A DNA stretch of 64,000 nucleotides. Source: Lepidodermella squamata. Its lineage: Eukaryota > Animalia > Gastrotricha. The stretch lies in contig JBLDXI010000033.1 in the NCBI GenBank assembly GCA_047495785.1, positions 806,001-870,000 of the forward strand, in the 5' to 3' direction. Under the pieces are notes generated by a model. The model was not told the DNA's origin. It searched no databases and was given only the letters and a program-made list of their open reading frames with translations. Made by a program: the position numbers and the translations under genes. This document shows positions 61,472-64,000 of the stretch, piece by piece. Every line of letters starts with the position of its first letter. Position 1 is the stretch's first letter.

Positions 61472-62251
61472 TTAAACAGTAAAAACTTTGATTTTATTCT
61501 TCCCAAGCATAGATCGTTTGACTATCACAACAGGTGGCATGTTGAATTCGATGATTTTGCATTCAGAGCTCAACTTTGATTTCCACCTAGCTTCACTGAC
61601 GTCGACGTAAATTTTCAACAAGCAGCCCAGAATACAAAGCAGCGTCAACGGCAACGCGCCGATTGATAAGGAAGCAAAAAGCATAGCATCATCAGAATAA
61701 TTCCACTCGTAATGATAACCTTGATCTTTACTTGTTGTTGACCGAGTTTTCGGCGTCGTGGTTGATCGAGCTTGAACTGATTCAAAAGGCAGAGTCGTCA
61801 AAACAACTTCCGTTGAAACAGTTAAAGGCTGAGCTGGGGTTGTATTGTTAACCTTTACAAGTTCAAGCGTCGCATAAATGTATACTCCATAAGAAAATAT
61901 CAAGCTGAAAATGATCAAAACAGCTAGCATCAGTAGAGTCCATTTCCCGATGACGCTAAACGGGGATCGCCACATCCGTTTTCGCACCGTCTTATACTTG
62001 ACCTCATACTTCGTTTTACAAATATCGCATATGGGATTTCCAAGGCTGTCTCGTTTTGTCACCTCAGCTCCAATAGTCTGTTGCAAGCAGTGTTTATGGA
62101 TATACCCCACAGTTCCGCGGCAAGCGCAGAAGCCTGAGTACAGAGGATCGGGCTGTGTTACAAAGCAGAGCCATTTGTTCGACGCTTTCAACCCTTCCAA
62201 ACAGATGCGGCAGGTGATTTCATCGATGTCTAAATAATCATGGCTGCTCAT
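61472..62251 (-). CDS. MARCH-like RING-CH, 2-TM protein (M7)
   Basis: Close paralog of M6; C4HC3 RING, Thr-rich loop, FNMPPV. Confidence 0.85.
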   Translation of the reverse strand: MSSHDYLDIDEITCRICLEGLKASNKWLCFVTQPDPLYSGFCACRGTVGYIHKHCLQQTIGAEVTKRDSLGNPICDICKTKYEVKYKTVRKRMWRSPFSVIGKWTLLMLAVLIIFSLIFSYGVYIYATLELVKVNNTTPAQPLTVSTEVVLTTLPFESVQARSTTTPKTRSTTSKDQGYHYEWNYSDDAMLFASLSIGALPLTLLCILGCLLKIYVDVSEARWKSKLSSECKIIEFNMPPVVIVKRSMLGKNKIKVFTV

Positions 62252-62424
62252 GATAAAGATGAACCATAAACAATTTTTGGGCAATAGAAAGCTGGGTCAT
62301 TATAAATATTCCGTGGCCTCTCCTGAGTTGTTAAAAACACAGATAAGTTCGCATGATAAGACTAAGCCTGGCAACACAAGTGAAAAAGATAACCTCTCGA
62401 GGCATTGTTATCTATTAATTTACT

Positions 62425-63132
62425 TCAATAGGTAACATGAATCACAAGGCTGCTGAGGTTTTCATCTATTTGAGGTTCATCCTTTTTGCCGTCGTCTACA
62501 TTGGAACTTATGCAGCTCGTGATTCTGATTTCACAATTTAAACGGCGAAATTCGTTCCACCACCACCTCCGAGAGGCTATTGCCGTGAGAATTAGCATGA
62601 AAATGCAATAAAGGGAGGCTGGTACTGTGACGAAGACTGTAACAAAAGCTTGAAACATGAAGAAAAGATTCGAAATATCAAGGGGGCGAATCTCCCGAAG
62701 AGAATGAGATCGTTGGCTTGCATGATCAAAACTTGTTTCATTGTGTCCATAGTTGTCGGCTGCAGTGGAAATGTCCCATTTCGCGACAACCAATATCCAA
62801 ATTTGAGCGGCGGAAACTAGGAGAAGAATTGTCAAAATTGCGAAAATCCTAACGTGTCTCATGTCAATTCTCGGCAAGGACCATTCGCGTACGGATTTGA
62901 AGCACTTGTCGATTTTAACTCGATATGGCTGCTTGCATAACTCGCAATGCGGCAGGCCAATGTAATCGAAAGTCTTAGCAGTGAAGGCAGCATTAGAGAT
63001 GACCATTTCCAAACATTGCCGGTGGGCAAAACCAATCGAACCTCGACAGCCACAGAATTCTGTGCAAAGCGGGCCTTTCGCCTTCTCATGGCCACTCAAG
63101 CAAATTCGGCAGCATTCCGACTGCATGTCCAA
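62425..63132 (-). CDS. MARCH-like RING-CH, 2-TM protein (M8)
   Basis: CRIC...CGCRGSIGFAHRQC...CELC, two TMs. Confidence 0.85.
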   Translation of the reverse strand: MDMQSECCRICLSGHEKAKGPLCTEFCGCRGSIGFAHRQCLEMVISNAAFTAKTFDYIGLPHCELCKQPYRVKIDKCFKSVREWSLPRIDMRHVRIFAILTILLLVSAAQIWILVVAKWDISTAADNYGHNETSFDHASQRSHSLREIRPLDISNLFFMFQAFVTVFVTVPASLYCIFMLILTAIASRRWWWNEFRRLNCEIRITSCISSNVDDGKKDEPQIDENLSSLVIHVTY

Positions 63133-63328
63133 GTTAGCCTATCAACGCGATAAAAAGCTGTTTTGCACTAGAGAGAGGGAGAATGGTATGGCACGTGTGG
63201 GTGATACTAACTATTGATGCCTCCCACCTATGGCGTATTTACATACACCAATTCGATTCCGCTCATTAACGATTCATGTGCAAAAAAAACGATACCGAAA
63301 TGCATTGTTTTATTGACATGCTTTCCAA

Positions 63329-64000
63329 TCAAAATTTTGAAAGGCTTTCGCGCTTTTGACGAATTTCTATAACCGGGGGCGATTTGAACCTCAGTTGTGA
63401 CTTTTCGTGATTTCCTTCCCAGAATAACAGCAACCACTGCCTGTTCTCCCTCCCTACCACGAGAACAAGTCCGAGAAATAGAAACAGCAAGATTGATACG
63501 TAAAGTGAATAGCTCATCATTTCCAGAAAAACAAGCATAGAATCACTGTAGCTCGAAGAGTTCTGCCGAGATAACACCGGATTCGTAACATTGGTATCGG
63601 ATTGCTGCAGAACAGTTGAATTGATGTTGCGATTGGCATTGATTCGTTCAAAATTCGCCCATAAACCGACTGCAACGAAAGCAGCAGTGACTAGAAAGCT
63701 GACCAGCAAAAACCGGCAGAACTTGTGAAGTTTTGGAACTTGCCACAGCCAAACAGGTTTCAGCGATTTTTTAACATGAATTTGGAACCGTTGTTTGCAA
63801 ATTTCACAGCACGGCTTCTTCTTGTTATCGAGCTTGACTGAGCCAGACGTTAGAACCAGCGTTTCCAGGCAGGTTTTATGGATGTGGCCAATCGATCCTC
63901 GGCATGAGCAAAATTTGGCGTAAAGAGGGCCTGAACTATCGTCGTCTTCGCAACCGCTTAAACAAATTCTGCATCTAACCGTGGTTTGAAAACTGTCGGC
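63329..64000 (-). CDS. MARCH-like RING-CH, 2-TM protein (M9), 5' end outside the window
   Basis: Open frame from the window edge: ...VRCRICLSG...CSCRGSIGHIHKTC...CEIC...KPVWLW, two TMs, FKSPPV. Confidence 0.85.
   Translation of the reverse strand, partial: ADSFQTTVRCRICLSGCEDDDSSGPLYAKFCSCRGSIGHIHKTCLETLVLTSGSVKLDNKKKPCCEICKQRFQIHVKKSLKPVWLWQVPKLHKFCRFLLVSFLVTAAFVAVGLWANFERINANRNINSTVLQQSDTNVTNPVLSRQNSSSYSDSMLVFLEMMSYSLYVSILLFLFLGLVLVVGRENRQWLLLFWEGNHEKSQLRFKSPPVIEIRQKRESLSKF

Overview
Gene-dense window from a compact animal (invertebrate) genome: GT-AG introns mostly 49-65 bp, TATA promoters, degenerate TTAGGG repeats. The taxon cannot be fixed from the sequence. Layout: (1) 0.9-21.8 kb holds about 19 genes plus 1 pseudogene for small secreted, basic, helical, Cys-containing proteins in four subfamilies (A x3, B x8, C x6, D x2 plus a pseudogene), none of which I recognise. 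A, B and C share a C-x9-11-C-x30-32-C-x8-20-C scaffold, usually with a dibasic site before Cys3. (2) 21.8-24.9 kb holds two atypical peptide-receptor-like GPCRs, tail-to-tail with that cluster. (3) A short-form PHGDH at 27.6-29.2 kb. (4) 30.0-42.2 kb holds a ~1,800-aa secreted PAN/discoidin/LamG/F-type/SUEL mosaic lectin and a pseudogenised tandem copy. (5) 42.3-64 kb holds nine intronless MARCH-type RING-CH genes that all lack the E2-binding Trp, three intronless GPI-type serine proteases with Arg at position 189, a GPI-type LamG protein, a neprilysin-like gene and DCXR, with recurring GATA motifs upstream. Several MITEs are scattered through the window. The best candidate for an undescribed system is the secreted-protein cluster, possibly with the adjacent GPCRs; the Trp-less MARCH array is second. 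All gene models were spliced by eye and no database searches were run.
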